Source of the DNA: Bacteriovoracaceae bacterium
Lineage (GTDB): Bacteria; Bdellovibrionota; Bacteriovoracia; Bacteriovoracales; Bacteriovoracaceae
Length of the DNA stretch: 64,000 bases
Direction of reading: 5' to 3'
NCBI GenBank assembly: GCA_048270185.1
Contig: JBLWTJ010000001.1
Location: 1,568,001 to 1,632,000 of the forward strand
Translations under genes and position numbers: made by a program
Notes under the pieces: generated by a model
Databases searched by the model: none
What the model saw: the letters and a program-made list of their open reading frames with translations, nothing else
What the model was told of the DNA's origin: nothing
Shown here: piece after piece, positions 1-9,919 of the stretch
Position numbering within the stretch: the first letter of the stretch is position 1
Layout of the letters: every line of letters begins with the position of its first letter

Positions 1-886
1 TCTTAATCCACTTGAGAAATGCTATCTCTACTCAAAGGATCGTGCAATTCCAGCGCGCCTTGATGTGGAACAATCGCAGTTACTTAAGCATAATATTGGT
101 AAGGTTGAATCTGAGTTTGAATTTGATAATCTCTATGAAGGTAAATTTGGTATCTCACCAAGAGATATTAAGAATATGATCTATCGCCTTGCTGATATGA
201 ACAAAGATATTACATTCATTGAAGTATTAGAATATTTCAAAAGAATCATTAATAAGAAATCAGAATATGATTTTTTAAATATGTCGGCTCATGGTGATTA
301 CCATAACCCACAAAAATTCATCGAGCTTATCAACGAAGACAGTCTTGATACTTTTGATAAGCAGCTTAGAGGATGTCTAGGACTTGTCGATGATCGCTCT
401 TATGAAGATTATCTACAAAAGTATATTCAACATATCAATGCTCTTATTAAGGGTGAAAAGATTAAGAATGAAGTGACTGGAAAGTATGAAGAAAGTGATC
501 AATACTTCATTAAAGAGTTTGAAAGTAATATCAATCTAAAAGAAGATGCTACTAACTTCCGCTCTCATTTAATCTCTAAGCTTGGTGCTTGGTATCTCGA
601 TAACCGTGGTGAGAAAGTTGATTATGTAAAGATCTTCCCTGAAGTTGTTGATCGTCTAAAAGAATCTTTTAGAAAAGAACAAGAGAAAGTAATTCACAAT
701 ATATCAAAGAATCTTGTTTTCTTTGAATCTGAAGTTTCAGGAAAAGAGATTAAAGGTCATATCCCTTTAAAAGAAGATATTAAGAAAGAGATTCAACAAG
801 TAATTGAAAATCTTAAATCAACATATGGTTATTCACAGAACGGATCATTTGCGCTAATAAAGTACCTAATTAAAGAAAGATATTAG
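1..886 (+). CDS. PrkA-family serine protein kinase / AAA+ protein, C-terminal part (5' truncated by window)
   Basis: Frame is open from position 2; 'LYEGKFGISPRDIK' and 'DYLQKYIQHINA..GEKIKNEVTGKYEE' resemble the PrkA C-terminal domain. Confidence 0.65.
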   Translation, partial: LNPLEKCYLYSKDRAIPARLDVEQSQLLKHNIGKVESEFEFDNLYEGKFGISPRDIKNMIYRLADMNKDITFIEVLEYFKRIINKKSEYDFLNMSAHGDYHNPQKFIELINEDSLDTFDKQLRGCLGLVDDRSYEDYLQKYIQHINALIKGEKIKNEVTGKYEESDQYFIKEFESNINLKEDATNFRSHLISKLGAWYLDNRGEKVDYVKIFPEVVDRLKESFRKEQEKVIHNISKNLVFFESEVSGKEIKGHIPLKEDIKKEIQQVIENLKSTYGYSQNGSFALIKYLIKERY

Positions 887-898
887 TACTTTATTTTT

Positions 899-1984
899 AT
901 GGCCATATTAAATAAGAAATTTACGACTCAAGTCTATGAAGTCACATACTATGTTGAGGAAACTCAGCAGGGTATGCGACTTGATCAATTTCTCCAAGTC
1001 TATCTTGAGACGTGGTCGCGCCAAGAAGTAAAAAAACGTATCAAGTCAGGTGATGTGCAAATTATTGGACGTCCAGGTAAGCATCGTCCTTCCACAACTC
1101 TCCACTACAAAGAAAAAGTCTTCTTTCGAATTGAGCGCACGACTCAAGAAGATGAATACTGGCGCGGTGAACTTATCGAACTCGATGAGAGGCCTGAAAT
1201 TATATTTGAAGACAATGAGCTTATCGTGATGAATAAGCCTCCCTATATGGCCTGCCACCCGACTGGCCGCCACCTCTTCTACTGTGCCACCGTCATGTTT
1301 GAAGAAAAGTATCAAAAGACCATTCACTCGATTCACAGACTCGATCGTGAAACATCGGGTGTCATGATGCTTGGAAAAGAGCCTCAAATTGCCAATCTCA
1401 TGGGAGAGGAATTCATTCATGACCGTGTGAAGAAATGCTACTTCTTCATTGCTCGTGCTAATGAAGACTATCAGGGGCAAACTGAGTTCTTTTCAAATGA
1501 AAGACTTGGTGCAAGTGAGGAAGGATTAAAGAGAGTCTATATTGATTCGCATCCATATGATTCCCACGATGGAAAGCATGCTCACACTGATTTTAAGATT
1601 CTCTTCCAAGAAGGTGACTATGTTCTGGGTCTGGCATTTCCACAAACAGGCCGTCAGCACCAGATTCGAGTTCACGCCATGCTACGAGGCCTACCTCTCT
1701 TAGGAGACAAACTCTATCTTGGCTCATTTGAAATGTTTCAGCGCTTTAAAGACAATCTTGCAAGCCCTGAAGAGTATGATGAGATGGAGCATAACCGTCA
1801 CTGTCTACATGCCATCGGACTCAAACTTCATTATAAGGGCGAAGATCGAATGTATATATCTTCTCTTCCAAAAGATTTCATCCCACTTCTTAAAGAACGT
1901 TTTAAGACACCAGTTGATGAAATTGAAGCTACGGTAAAGTCCGCTGCTAGAGATTATTTCTCAGGTAGTTTAGAACCCCGCTAG
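899..1984 (+). CDS. RluA/RluD-family pseudouridine synthase with N-terminal S4-like domain
   Basis: 'MRLDQFL', 'NKPP', catalytic 'HRLDRETSG', 'TGRQHQIRVH', 'LLGDKLY', 'LHA' motifs. Confidence 0.93.
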   Translation: MAILNKKFTTQVYEVTYYVEETQQGMRLDQFLQVYLETWSRQEVKKRIKSGDVQIIGRPGKHRPSTTLHYKEKVFFRIERTTQEDEYWRGELIELDERPEIIFEDNELIVMNKPPYMACHPTGRHLFYCATVMFEEKYQKTIHSIHRLDRETSGVMMLGKEPQIANLMGEEFIHDRVKKCYFFIARANEDYQGQTEFFSNERLGASEEGLKRVYIDSHPYDSHDGKHAHTDFKILFQEGDYVLGLAFPQTGRQHQIRVHAMLRGLPLLGDKLYLGSFEMFQRFKDNLASPEEYDEMEHNRHCLHAIGLKLHYKGEDRMYISSLPKDFIPLLKERFKTPVDEIEATVKSAARDYFSGSLEPR

Positions 1985-2681
1985 GCCCTTTATTTTCTTT
2001 ACCTCGTAAGATCACAGTTGGCCTAATATCAAGCTTATCTTCAACATCTTCGATATTACTCACACCAATAGAAGTCGCAACTTGATCAAACATTGATTGG
2101 TCATTTAGGTTGTCACCAAAGTAGATGGCATCTTTCTTCATATCGAGATCTGGAAAGAAAGTCTTAAACATGGCCTTAGCCGCATTTGCTTTTGAAAGAT
2201 TATCACACCAGAAATTTAAGTGAACATTTGAAGTTGAGTAATTAATTTGATGAGCATCCATCAGTTCACATAATTCTTTTCTAAAAGCTTCATCTTCAAG
2301 ATCACATAACTCGATAGCACGATCGGTAACGCGCCCAATGGAATCACTTGATAAGTATAGCTTTGGGTATGTTTTCTGAAGAAGAGTACAGAATTGTTCA
2401 AGGCGTGCAATCTCACTCTCGGCCAACATGAATTGATTTTGAATAAGCCCTTGTTCATCCTTATAACTAATGGCCCCTCCACCTTCTGAGATCACGATAG
2501 GAAGGCTTGAGAAGTGCGTAATAAAGAAATGTGCCCATGAGATACTACGGCCTGTGATAATAACAAATGGAAGCTTCTTCTCTTGGGAAATTTTTAGAAC
2601 CTCAAAGAACTCAGAAGTCATTTCTGTGTGATGAGTAAGTGTTCCGTCAAAGTCAGAGAGAATAATTTTTGGTGTTGTCAT
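1947..2681 (-). CDS. HAD-superfamily (IIB/Cof-like) hydrolase
   Basis: 'SDFDGTLT' motif I, 'ITGRS' motif II, 'SKA' and 'FGDNLNDQSMF' motifs. Confidence 0.88.
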   Translation of the reverse strand: MTTPKIILSDFDGTLTHHTEMTSEFFEVLKISQEKKLPFVIITGRSISWAHFFITHFSSLPIVISEGGGAISYKDEQGLIQNQFMLAESEIARLEQFCTLLQKTYPKLYLSSDSIGRVTDRAIELCDLEDEAFRKELCELMDAHQINYSTSNVHLNFWCDNLSKANAAKAMFKTFFPDLDMKKDAIYFGDNLNDQSMFDQVATSIGVSNIEDVEDKLDIRPTVILRGKENKGPSGVLNYLRNNL

Positions 2682-2692
2682 GACATGGCCTT

Positions 2693-2725
2693 AAAAAAAA
2701 GGGCAGACTTTGAGCCTACCCTTTC
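2693..2725 (-). terminator. Rho-independent terminator after the 2748-3350 gene
   Basis: Minus strand GGGTAGGC-TCAAA-GTCTGCCC followed by a run of T. Confidence 0.7.
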
Positions 2726-2747
2726 TTATGTATAAATTTTAATTTTC

Positions 2748-3350
2748 TTATAGTGGAAAAGATACACCAGCAAGAAAAGCTGTGAATGAATCTTTAAGTC
2801 CAACTTGAACTTCCATTGTTCCGTTAAGGTGTTTGAAACCATCGATTGGAAGTTGTCCGTTGATACCAGTGTTTAAACTAATTGTTGTTTCATAAGTTTG
2901 AGTATCACCGTTAAGAGCAAGTCCAACTGGAAGTGAAGCATATGGATAAGCTTCTTTCCCCCAGAAAGAAAAACCTTTTGTGATTGTTGGTGCTGCAGAA
3001 ATTTTCGTAACACCTTGATCAAATTCAGTTGAACGCTCAAGAATCCCTTTTACAGAGACACGTGGCTGTTGCATATAGTCTGGGTAAAGCTCATAGTCGG
3101 CACCGACAAATAATCTTTGTGAACGGTCTCCACCAGAGATTCCAATCCCACCATCAACAATAAGTTTTTGGTCGATTTTTTGAGTATAACGAACTTGCAT
3201 TCCCATCCCACCAGCATCTGATGTGATTCCAGTAAGTTCTGTAGCAATTTGCTTATTTCCGCTTAGCATTGGCATCGTTGATTGACCGATTCCGTAAGCG
3301 AAGATTGACGCTTGTGATAGCACCATTAATGATAGAAATACCTTTTTCAT
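2748..3350 (-). CDS. Secreted/outer-membrane beta-barrel-like hypothetical protein
   Basis: Signal peptide, alternating amphipathic strands, C-terminal 'AGVSFPL'; SD GGAAGGA upstream. Confidence 0.6.
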   Translation of the reverse strand: MKKVFLSLMVLSQASIFAYGIGQSTMPMLSGNKQIATELTGITSDAGGMGMQVRYTQKIDQKLIVDGGIGISGGDRSQRLFVGADYELYPDYMQQPRVSVKGILERSTEFDQGVTKISAAPTITKGFSFWGKEAYPYASLPVGLALNGDTQTYETTISLNTGINGQLPIDGFKHLNGTMEVQVGLKDSFTAFLAGVSFPL

Positions 3351-3464
3351 ATATCCTTCCTAGTTTTTAGATAACTTCACTAATCATTTTAATGCCTTGG
3401 GGCAATTTAATGCAAGGAATTCCTAAGACACTTCGCACAATCCTTACACAGGGTGAAATTCTTG

Positions 3465-3493
3465 TTGACTCATAACCCCTAAGCATTTATAAA
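3465..3493 (+). promoter_or_regulatory. sigma70-type promoter of tRNA-His
   Basis: TTGACT-17 nt-TATAAA just upstream of the tRNA. Confidence 0.55.
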
Positions 3494-3510
3494 TAATTCC
3501 ACATTCTTAT

Positions 3511-3587
3511 GGTGACCGTAGTTCAGTTGGTAGAGCGCCAGATTGTGATTCTGGTTGTCGTGGGTTCGAGCCCCATCGGTCACCCCA
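3511..3587 (+). tRNA. tRNA-His (GTG)
   Basis: Cloverleaf: G-1, acceptor GTGACCG/CGGTCAC, anticodon arm CCAGA-TTGTGAT-TCTGG, GGTTCGAG T-loop, C73 plus encoded CCA. Confidence 0.97.
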
Positions 3588-3590
3588 TTA

Positions 3591-3625
3591 AAAAAAGCCC
3601 CCGTATTCATACGGGGGCTTTTTTT
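3591..3625 (+). terminator. Rho-independent terminator after tRNA-His
   Basis: AAAAAAGCCCCCGTA-TTCA-TACGGGGGCTTTTTT. Confidence 0.9.
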
Positions 3626-3653
3626 ATTTGTGGTTATAGATTGGGTTTTGTAG

Positions 3654-3728
3654 CCATGACAAAGTCGTGGGTGGCCCTCACGATGAGGGTCCCCCGCGAG
3701 GCCACGATGGCCGTAAAGCGGGGTCACC
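3654..3728. other. GC-rich multi-hairpin intergenic element
   Basis: CCATGAC-AAA-GTCGTGG, GCCCTCA-CGA-TGAGGGT, CCCCGC...GGCCA-CGA-TGGCC...GCGGGG nested hairpins in an AT-rich context. Confidence 0.5.
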
Positions 3729-3821
3729 AACTCTGCACATCCACCACACATTCAAACTAGCACTACCCCATATTTATATGCTAAAACCCCTCAACCTCAT
3801 TAACCACACCGGACAAGCTTT

Positions 3822-4952
3822 ATGAAAGAATGGATGGCAACAAGCCCACATGAAACAATTGATATTCTCGAGCAAGAGCTTCTATCTCTTGGAATTACTG
3901 ATCTTGATAAGCAACATCGTGCCATTCTTTTTAACTGTGACATAGAGACTGCATATAAGGCCCACTATCTTCTGCGTACTGCAAGTAGACTTCAACGAGT
4001 CATTTGTAAGTTTGACTTTAGTGACATGAAAGATCTCATTAAGAAATTAGAGAGCATCCATTGGCCAGATCATCTTCGTCATCACAAAGGCTTTGCCGTA
4101 AGACCTGTCCTATCAGATGAAGATGCAAAAGCACTTGGTGAAGATAATGTTATCCAGTCATTTGTTGATTCAATCTTAAGTGCTCCTTTTGAAAAGGGCG
4201 CTCCTAAGCATACTCAAAATGCTGACAATCCAATCACACTTATTCCATTTGTAAGAAATGGTAATTGTGTTCTTAGTGTTGATACAGCAGGTAGAGCATT
4301 ACACAAGAGAGGATGGCGTGTTAATGGCCACCCAGCAGTTCTTAAAGAAACTCTTGCTTCAACAATTTTAATGATGGCCGGATACGATGGAAATGAGACT
4401 CTTCTTGATCCGATGTGTGGTTCAGGAACTGTTGCCATTGAAGCAGCTTATATTGCTCTTAACAAGGCCCCTCTTATCCACCGTGGAAAAGATGACTTTG
4501 CACTTGAGCACTTAGCAAATTTTGATCGCTTGCTGTGGAGGAAGACAGCTGATCGTTTAAGAGGTCAGAAGAAACAAGAACTCGAACATCCTATTTTTGC
4601 TTTTGATATCAATGAAAACTTTGTTGAAGTGGCAAAGAAAGGTGCCCTTCGTGCCAGAGTTGAAAAGTATATGAACTTTGGTGTTAGCTCTTTTCTTGAA
4701 CTAGACCCGCCAGCAGAATCAGGACTTCTCATCACCAATCTTCCTTATGGTGAGAGAATTGGTAAAGAGTATCTCAACTCACTTTATACAGGTGTAGGAA
4801 AATTGTTAAAAACCAAGTATGCGAATTGGCGTATCGCTCTTTTGGTCCCAGTCAAAGCACCGATTCATCTCTTAGATATTAAGGCGAAGAAGACTTATCA
4901 TTTTAAGAATGGTGCGCTTCCGGTAAAACTTCTGATAAGAGATAAGCTGTAG
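3822..4952 (+). CDS. rlmL: THUMP-domain class I SAM-dependent RNA methyltransferase (RlmL-like)
   Basis: 'LHKRGWR', 'LKETLA', 'DPMCGSGT', 'TNLPYGERI', 'NG' motifs. Confidence 0.85.
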   Translation: MKEWMATSPHETIDILEQELLSLGITDLDKQHRAILFNCDIETAYKAHYLLRTASRLQRVICKFDFSDMKDLIKKLESIHWPDHLRHHKGFAVRPVLSDEDAKALGEDNVIQSFVDSILSAPFEKGAPKHTQNADNPITLIPFVRNGNCVLSVDTAGRALHKRGWRVNGHPAVLKETLASTILMMAGYDGNETLLDPMCGSGTVAIEAAYIALNKAPLIHRGKDDFALEHLANFDRLLWRKTADRLRGQKKQELEHPIFAFDINENFVEVAKKGALRARVEKYMNFGVSSFLELDPPAESGLLITNLPYGERIGKEYLNSLYTGVGKLLKTKYANWRIALLVPVKAPIHLLDIKAKKTYHFKNGALPVKLLIRDKL

Positions 4953-4969
4953 GGTTTAATAACCCTACA
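4948..4969. terminator. Hairpin at the end of the methyltransferase gene
   Basis: TGTAGGGTT-TAAT-AACCCTACA perfect inverted repeat overlapping the stop codon; no clear U tail. Confidence 0.4.
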
Positions 4970-5417
4970 CCAATGGCCAGTAGTAGAATCCAAGCACCCA
5001 TGGCATAGTGATAGCGATAACTTTTTGAACTTTCATTTTTTGTTCGAATATACTTTACTTCGACAAATACCGATGACAACACCGGCTTTTGTCGGGGTCT
5101 CTTTCATTTAAGTTTTAACACTTAGGAGAATTGATCATTAAGAAAGCCTTCTTTATCTTAAATAAATTAATTTCTGAATTATTTTGAGTACTTATCGACC
5201 AAAATTCTTGGAACCCACAGAAAAAACTTACTAATCTTAAAATCATATACTTATAGCTCTAACCTATTTAAAACCTAAAAACCGAAACACTCTAAGTGTG
5301 CTATATAGAACCCTTAAGAGATTTTTACCCGCTAAACAATTGCTCAAATCTCTCTATACTTAAAACACTAGGCTCGATTTACTCGGGCCATTTTCTTTTG
5401 AAGTTTAGGAGACAGGA

Positions 5418-5795
5418 ATGAGTTTGACGGCCATCGGAATTGCTTGTGAAAATATTGAAGACTCACTCAAGTTTTACGAGTTACTTGGTTTTAACTTTGA
5501 AAAACTAGGTAAAGATCATTATGAAGCAACCACAAAACTTGGCCTTCGAATCATGCTTGATTCATATAGGCTACTTGAAGAAATTAATCCCAACTGGCAA
5601 AGGCCAGTCTCACCAGGTATTACACTTTGCTTTGAACGCGAAGAGATCGATCATGTTGACGATGTAACTGCTACACTTAAAAATAACGGATATGAAGTTA
5701 TCAAGGAACCTTGGGATGCATTCTGGGGACAACGTTATGCCTCAGTAAAAGATCCCAATGGGAACCAAGTAGATATCTTTGCCAATATTAAATAG
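5418..5795 (+). CDS. VOC/glyoxalase family protein
   Basis: 'SLKFYELLGF', 'PWDAFWGQRYASVKDPNGNQVDIF'; SD AGGAG. Confidence 0.9.
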   Translation: MSLTAIGIACENIEDSLKFYELLGFNFEKLGKDHYEATTKLGLRIMLDSYRLLEEINPNWQRPVSPGITLCFEREEIDHVDDVTATLKNNGYEVIKEPWDAFWGQRYASVKDPNGNQVDIFANIK

Positions 5796-5804
5796 TATGA
5801 GAAT

Positions 5805-5839
5805 AAAAAAGAAAGACAAGGGAGCCACCCTTGTCTTTC
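5805..5839. terminator. Terminator between convergent VOC and MCP genes
   Basis: GAAAGACAAGGG-AGCCA-CCCTTGTCTTTC with an A-run on the left (U tail on the minus strand). Confidence 0.8.
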
Positions 5840-5874
5840 CATGCTTGAGGAGCTTAAAGAATTGAGAAGATTCT

Positions 5875-7551
5875 TTACGCTATATGTTTTGTTAATTTAG
5901 AATTACTTGTAGCTGGTGAGATATTCACCTTAGTATTAATTTTAACTACATTATTAGTACTTACTTTCGAATGACCTGAAATGAGAACTTCCATAGCAGA
6001 AATTGATTGATTTAAGAATTTAACCTGACCTTGTAGTTGAGCTGCGATGTCAGAAGAACTATGAGCGATCTCAGTATTTGATTTTGATAGGACATCAACA
6101 TGAGAGATGGCAGTTTGTAACTGATTGATCCCAGTTGATTGTTCTTGAGTGGCCGTTGAAATCTCATGTACCGAATGAGTTGCACCATCAACACTTGTAA
6201 CGATATCACTTAGAATATTCTCACATTCTTTTGCAATCTCAGTTCCATTTGAGACATTTGTACGTACTTCATCGACGACTTTTGAGAAACGAACTCTTGT
6301 TTCATCCATAATTGAGTTTACTTGCCCAACACTTGAAGCGAGCATCTCAGTAATTTCAACAGCAGCAGCACCACCACTCATCTGTGCAAGCTTTCCTACT
6401 TCTTCAGCAACGACAGCAAAGCCCTTTCCAGATTCTCCGGCACGAGCAGCCTCGACAGAGGCGTTAAATGATAATAACTTCGTTTGAAAAACGATATCAT
6501 TAATTACTTTCGTTTTTTCATCAATACTACTAATGAGGGATGCTATTTGTTTCATCTTCTCATCGTTGAATTCAAGTTCTTTAACAATTGTATCAATACT
6601 ATGATGAATAGAGTCCATCGATATATTCATATCAGCAACTAGACTCTTACCTTTTGTCGCTCGTTCAAGGCTTCCTCCAGCAAGATCAGATGACGTCTTT
6701 GCATTCTCAGCAGTCATTCTAACCATTGAACTAATCTCTTCAAGAGAAGCCGTCGATTCATGAATCGCTGCATCTTGTTCCTGACTGGCCTCTGCAAGTT
6801 CACGTGAAGTTTTAGAAATTGTATTTGCATTAGATGTTAGTATTGAGGAACTATTTGTCAGGCCTTCAATTGTATCTCGAAATTGATTTGATATCTTAGT
6901 GGCAAAAGTAATTCCCACAAAAAGTCCAACAGAGATTCCCCCCACCATAACAATAACAAGAAGAAAATCAATAAACTCTATCTGCTTAGCTACATCATCT
7001 GATAAAGCAATGGATTCTGTTAGCTCTGTGTTTACCTCAGTATTATAATTATTGAGTGACGTTTGAAATTTTTCAGCAGCAACAGGACAATGAACTAAGA
7101 ATATCTCTAAGAGTTCTTTTCTTGAATCTTTATCATAAATTCGACCTAGCTCTAAAGCACGAACTCCAACTCCCTTAAACTTCATCCACTCATTCTCAAG
7201 CTCTGAATAGAGCCTCTTATATTTATCTGTCTTTAAATATTGCTTAAGATCTTTAGAAGCTCTTTCATAATTTGCTACTTCTCTTTGAGCATTTTCAATA
7301 GCGAGCTCTCTTTGCGTTTTGCTCAGATTATCTAGGCCTAGGGTCCTTACTTGAATACGAATTTTTTGATAACTAACATCCATATCTCTTAAAAGAGATA
7401 TTTTAGGAATAACATTCTTCGTAACATTATCTGAGACCTTAGAGAATGTGATAAATCCGTAAAGGGCCACTCCACCAATAACTAAACTGACAGATGACAT
7501 AAATAAACACAGTGATATTAACTTTGTTTTAAAATTTAAATTGGAAAACAT
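5875..7551 (-). CDS. Methyl-accepting chemotaxis protein with four-helix-bundle-type periplasmic sensor
   Basis: Two TM helices; signalling hairpin 'IVFQTKLLSFNASVEAARAGESGKGFAVVAEEV'. Confidence 0.93.
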   Translation of the reverse strand: MFSNLNFKTKLISLCLFMSSVSLVIGGVALYGFITFSKVSDNVTKNVIPKISLLRDMDVSYQKIRIQVRTLGLDNLSKTQRELAIENAQREVANYERASKDLKQYLKTDKYKRLYSELENEWMKFKGVGVRALELGRIYDKDSRKELLEIFLVHCPVAAEKFQTSLNNYNTEVNTELTESIALSDDVAKQIEFIDFLLVIVMVGGISVGLFVGITFATKISNQFRDTIEGLTNSSSILTSNANTISKTSRELAEASQEQDAAIHESTASLEEISSMVRMTAENAKTSSDLAGGSLERATKGKSLVADMNISMDSIHHSIDTIVKELEFNDEKMKQIASLISSIDEKTKVINDIVFQTKLLSFNASVEAARAGESGKGFAVVAEEVGKLAQMSGGAAAVEITEMLASSVGQVNSIMDETRVRFSKVVDEVRTNVSNGTEIAKECENILSDIVTSVDGATHSVHEISTATQEQSTGINQLQTAISHVDVLSKSNTEIAHSSSDIAAQLQGQVKFLNQSISAMEVLISGHSKVSTNNVVKINTKVNISPATSNSKLTKHIA

Positions 7552-7870
7552 ATAGAAAATCTCCGGCCTCTGACCTAGTTAACATAATTAACAATCGTGA
7601 AATTAAATTGAATTCGGCACAAGATAGGTTATTTACAGCTAATATCATTTAGCTGGCTAAGTAGCAGTATTTACTATGCCTGAAAATATTTTTTATTACG
7701 TAAGTGTCAAAGATTATTACTTGAGGATTTTCACGTAATAGTACGAACAAATATCAAAAGTAACGAAGGTAGACTGGCGAATATGCCTGCGAGGCAAGGC
7801 AGGGCCAGAGACAATTAACCTTTGAAAATAGCTCTTAATTTCGTGTTATCTATAATTTATGTACTAGTAA

Positions 7871-8800
7871 TTAAAATAGCGTATTAACAAAGCATTCATA
7901 TCTAATAGGTAATCTTTTGTTTGAAAGAGCTGTCTTTAATGAAGAAAGATTTGATTGATCAATTGTCCCCCAAATAAACTCTCTATCTCCAGCATTATCG
8001 GTTACAAATTTTCTTTGCATGGCTTTTGCAAGACCTCTCCCCTTCCACTTCTTATCAATAAAGATTTCATGGAAGTAGAGTCCAGAGTGTCCCAAGAAAG
8101 AAGAGTCTTCTGCGACGATTAAGCCGATCCTTTCACCATTAAGATCAACCTCTTGTAAAAGTCCCTGCTCAAGAGAATCACTCATGGACTCATGACTATT
8201 TACAGTGACTTTGGCTGCAAGTTGAGGCTGCTCTAAATGGAAATCTTCATAGCCCTGACGATACCATTCATAGTAACTATCATCAGTCACACGACGAAAC
8301 TTTAGTTTATCTTCAAATGGCCATGGTTTTACGGATAGAATCTGCTCAACTCGTTGAACAAGATGAACAGACCCGATCATATCAACATCCATTTCACTTG
8401 CATGGTGAAATGAAATATACATTGGACTAAACACTTCAAACTCTTCTTTAATCAATTGATAGATTGAGTGAGCATGTTCTGATGAAGCAATCCCAAAATC
8501 AGCGGTTAAATTTATAAATGGTCGATTTCGATCGCCACCCATGTGGCGAATTCCATAGATAATTCTCCCATCATCAATGGTCTTTAATCTTTCACGGTAA
8601 TCATCTTCAACAGCTCCTGTAATTTGAAAATGATTTAGACGTGCTCGCATAACCTCTATGGAGTTTAACTCTTTATATTCATCTGCTAACTCAGCGGCTA
8701 ATTCTTTAATAGCAACTTCGTTATCAACTTTAAGATTGGCCAATTCATAGCTCTGTAAACATGACTTAGCGAAGTCTTGCCATAATAATTGTGAATTCAT
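7871..8800 (-). CDS. Protein with C-terminal GNAT acetyltransferase domain
   Basis: 'EIFIDKKWKGRGLAKAM' acetyl-CoA motif A and 'NLSSLKTA' motif B. Confidence 0.7.
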   Translation of the reverse strand: MNSQLLWQDFAKSCLQSYELANLKVDNEVAIKELAAELADEYKELNSIEVMRARLNHFQITGAVEDDYRERLKTIDDGRIIYGIRHMGGDRNRPFINLTADFGIASSEHAHSIYQLIKEEFEVFSPMYISFHHASEMDVDMIGSVHLVQRVEQILSVKPWPFEDKLKFRRVTDDSYYEWYRQGYEDFHLEQPQLAAKVTVNSHESMSDSLEQGLLQEVDLNGERIGLIVAEDSSFLGHSGLYFHEIFIDKKWKGRGLAKAMQRKFVTDNAGDREFIWGTIDQSNLSSLKTALSNKRLPIRYECFVNTLF

Positions 8801-8854
8801 TTATTTACCCTCTTATTTAAAAATAAAACATAAGGGCGCTGTGGATACGTGAAT

Positions 8855-8905
8855 TTAAAAGCGATCCTTGGCGGCCCAACACTTAGTACAATTCGTCTTT
8901 TTCAT
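8855..8905 (-). CDS. Putative 16-aa leader peptide MKKTNCTKCWAAKDRF
   Basis: AGGAGG SD 5 nt before ATG at 8905; TAA at 8857-8855; ends 54 nt upstream of the GNAT start. Confidence 0.55.
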   Translation of the reverse strand: MKKTNCTKCWAAKDRF

Positions 8906-8974
8906 GATGTCCTCCTAGGTTAAAGATTTAATTGATGGCACTAGATATCTAAAATATTAATCTGTGTCAATTTA

Positions 8975-9919
8975 TTATAGGCCAAATGATTTTAATCCTC
9001 GGCGAGAAACATGGCTCTTGCCTTGTTGATCGATGACAAAACCAATTAATTCACGCTTATCAAGGTAAGTGATTGCTTCAGTTACAGAAAGATTCATTAG
9101 TATTGTTGCCGTCGTATCAGATTCAATGGCCGTTTCAGCAAGCACAGTACTTGCAATGACTTCCTCTCCACTAGTTCCACTTTTAGGATTGATGATATGG
9201 TGATCAGCGTGATCCTTAGCTTCAGGGTTAAAGTGAATATAACCTCCCGATGAGGCCACACTTCCACTCGTTAATTGAATTACACCAATTGATTTTGAAG
9301 CATCCTTAGATAGTGGGTTACGAATACCGATTCGCCATGGACGAGGAGCAGACTCATGGGAGTGAACTCTAATATCTCCTGATCCATTGACGTAGAAATT
9401 ATGCAGTCCTTCTTTCTTTAGGAGTTCAAAGACACGGTCAACAGCATATCCTTTACCAATACCACCAAGACCAATTCTCATATCTTGGTGAGGAAGAAAT
9501 ACACTCCTCTTTAATACGCCAAACTTAATTTTACGGTAGTCGATGAGAGCATGGCCTCGAGCTCGCTCAAGAGCAGAAAGTGTGCGCCCTTCATTCTTGG
9601 CCTTTCGCCAAAGATGTCCAATACTGGCAAATGTAATATCAAAAATACCGTTTGATTCTTTTGAGATTTCTTGAGATTTTTTAAGTAGATCCCAAAGTTC
9701 GTTATCAACGACAACTGGTTTCTGACCTGCGTTCACATTAATGTTATTTAGCTCACTCTCTTTAAAGTCTGTGAACTTATTTTCAATTCTTAAAACTTCT
9801 TCTTCGGCCTTTTTAAAGATGGCCAAAACATCTTCTTTTGAAAGAAAACTTTGAGGGAAGCACATTAACTTAAACTCCCCTCCCATGGCATTAAATATGT
9901 ACTCAGTCTGAATCGACAA
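8975..9919 (-). CDS. apbE: FAD:protein FMN transferase (ApbE/Ftp)
   Basis: 'AMGG', 'GIFDIT', 'GLGGIGKGYAVD', 'VNGSGDI', 'PWRIGIRNP', 'ASSGGY', 'HHIINPKSG'. Confidence 0.93.
   Translation of the reverse strand: MSIQTEYIFNAMGGEFKLMCFPQSFLSKEDVLAIFKKAEEEVLRIENKFTDFKESELNNINVNAGQKPVVVDNELWDLLKKSQEISKESNGIFDITFASIGHLWRKAKNEGRTLSALERARGHALIDYRKIKFGVLKRSVFLPHQDMRIGLGGIGKGYAVDRVFELLKKEGLHNFYVNGSGDIRVHSHESAPRPWRIGIRNPLSKDASKSIGVIQLTSGSVASSGGYIHFNPEAKDHADHHIINPKSGTSGEEVIASTVLAETAIESDTTATILMNLSVTEAITYLDKRELIGFVIDQQGKSHVSRRGLKSFGL

Noticed and set aside
3479..3760. ORFs 3479-3751 (-) and 3509-3760 (+)
   Set aside because: They overlap tRNA-His and its terminator; shadow ORFs
4960..5110. Short minus-strand ORFs and a CGACAAA/TTTGTCG hairpin
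   Set aside because: ORFs are about 24 codons without a convincing SD; hairpin is imperfect and unsupported
7552..7870. Possible c-di-GMP riboswitch or sigma28 promoter upstream of the MCP; GC-rich hairpin at about 7774-7808
   Set aside because: No GEMM consensus found; TAAA...GCCGAAT spacing is 13 nt rather than 15; hairpin alone is not diagnostic
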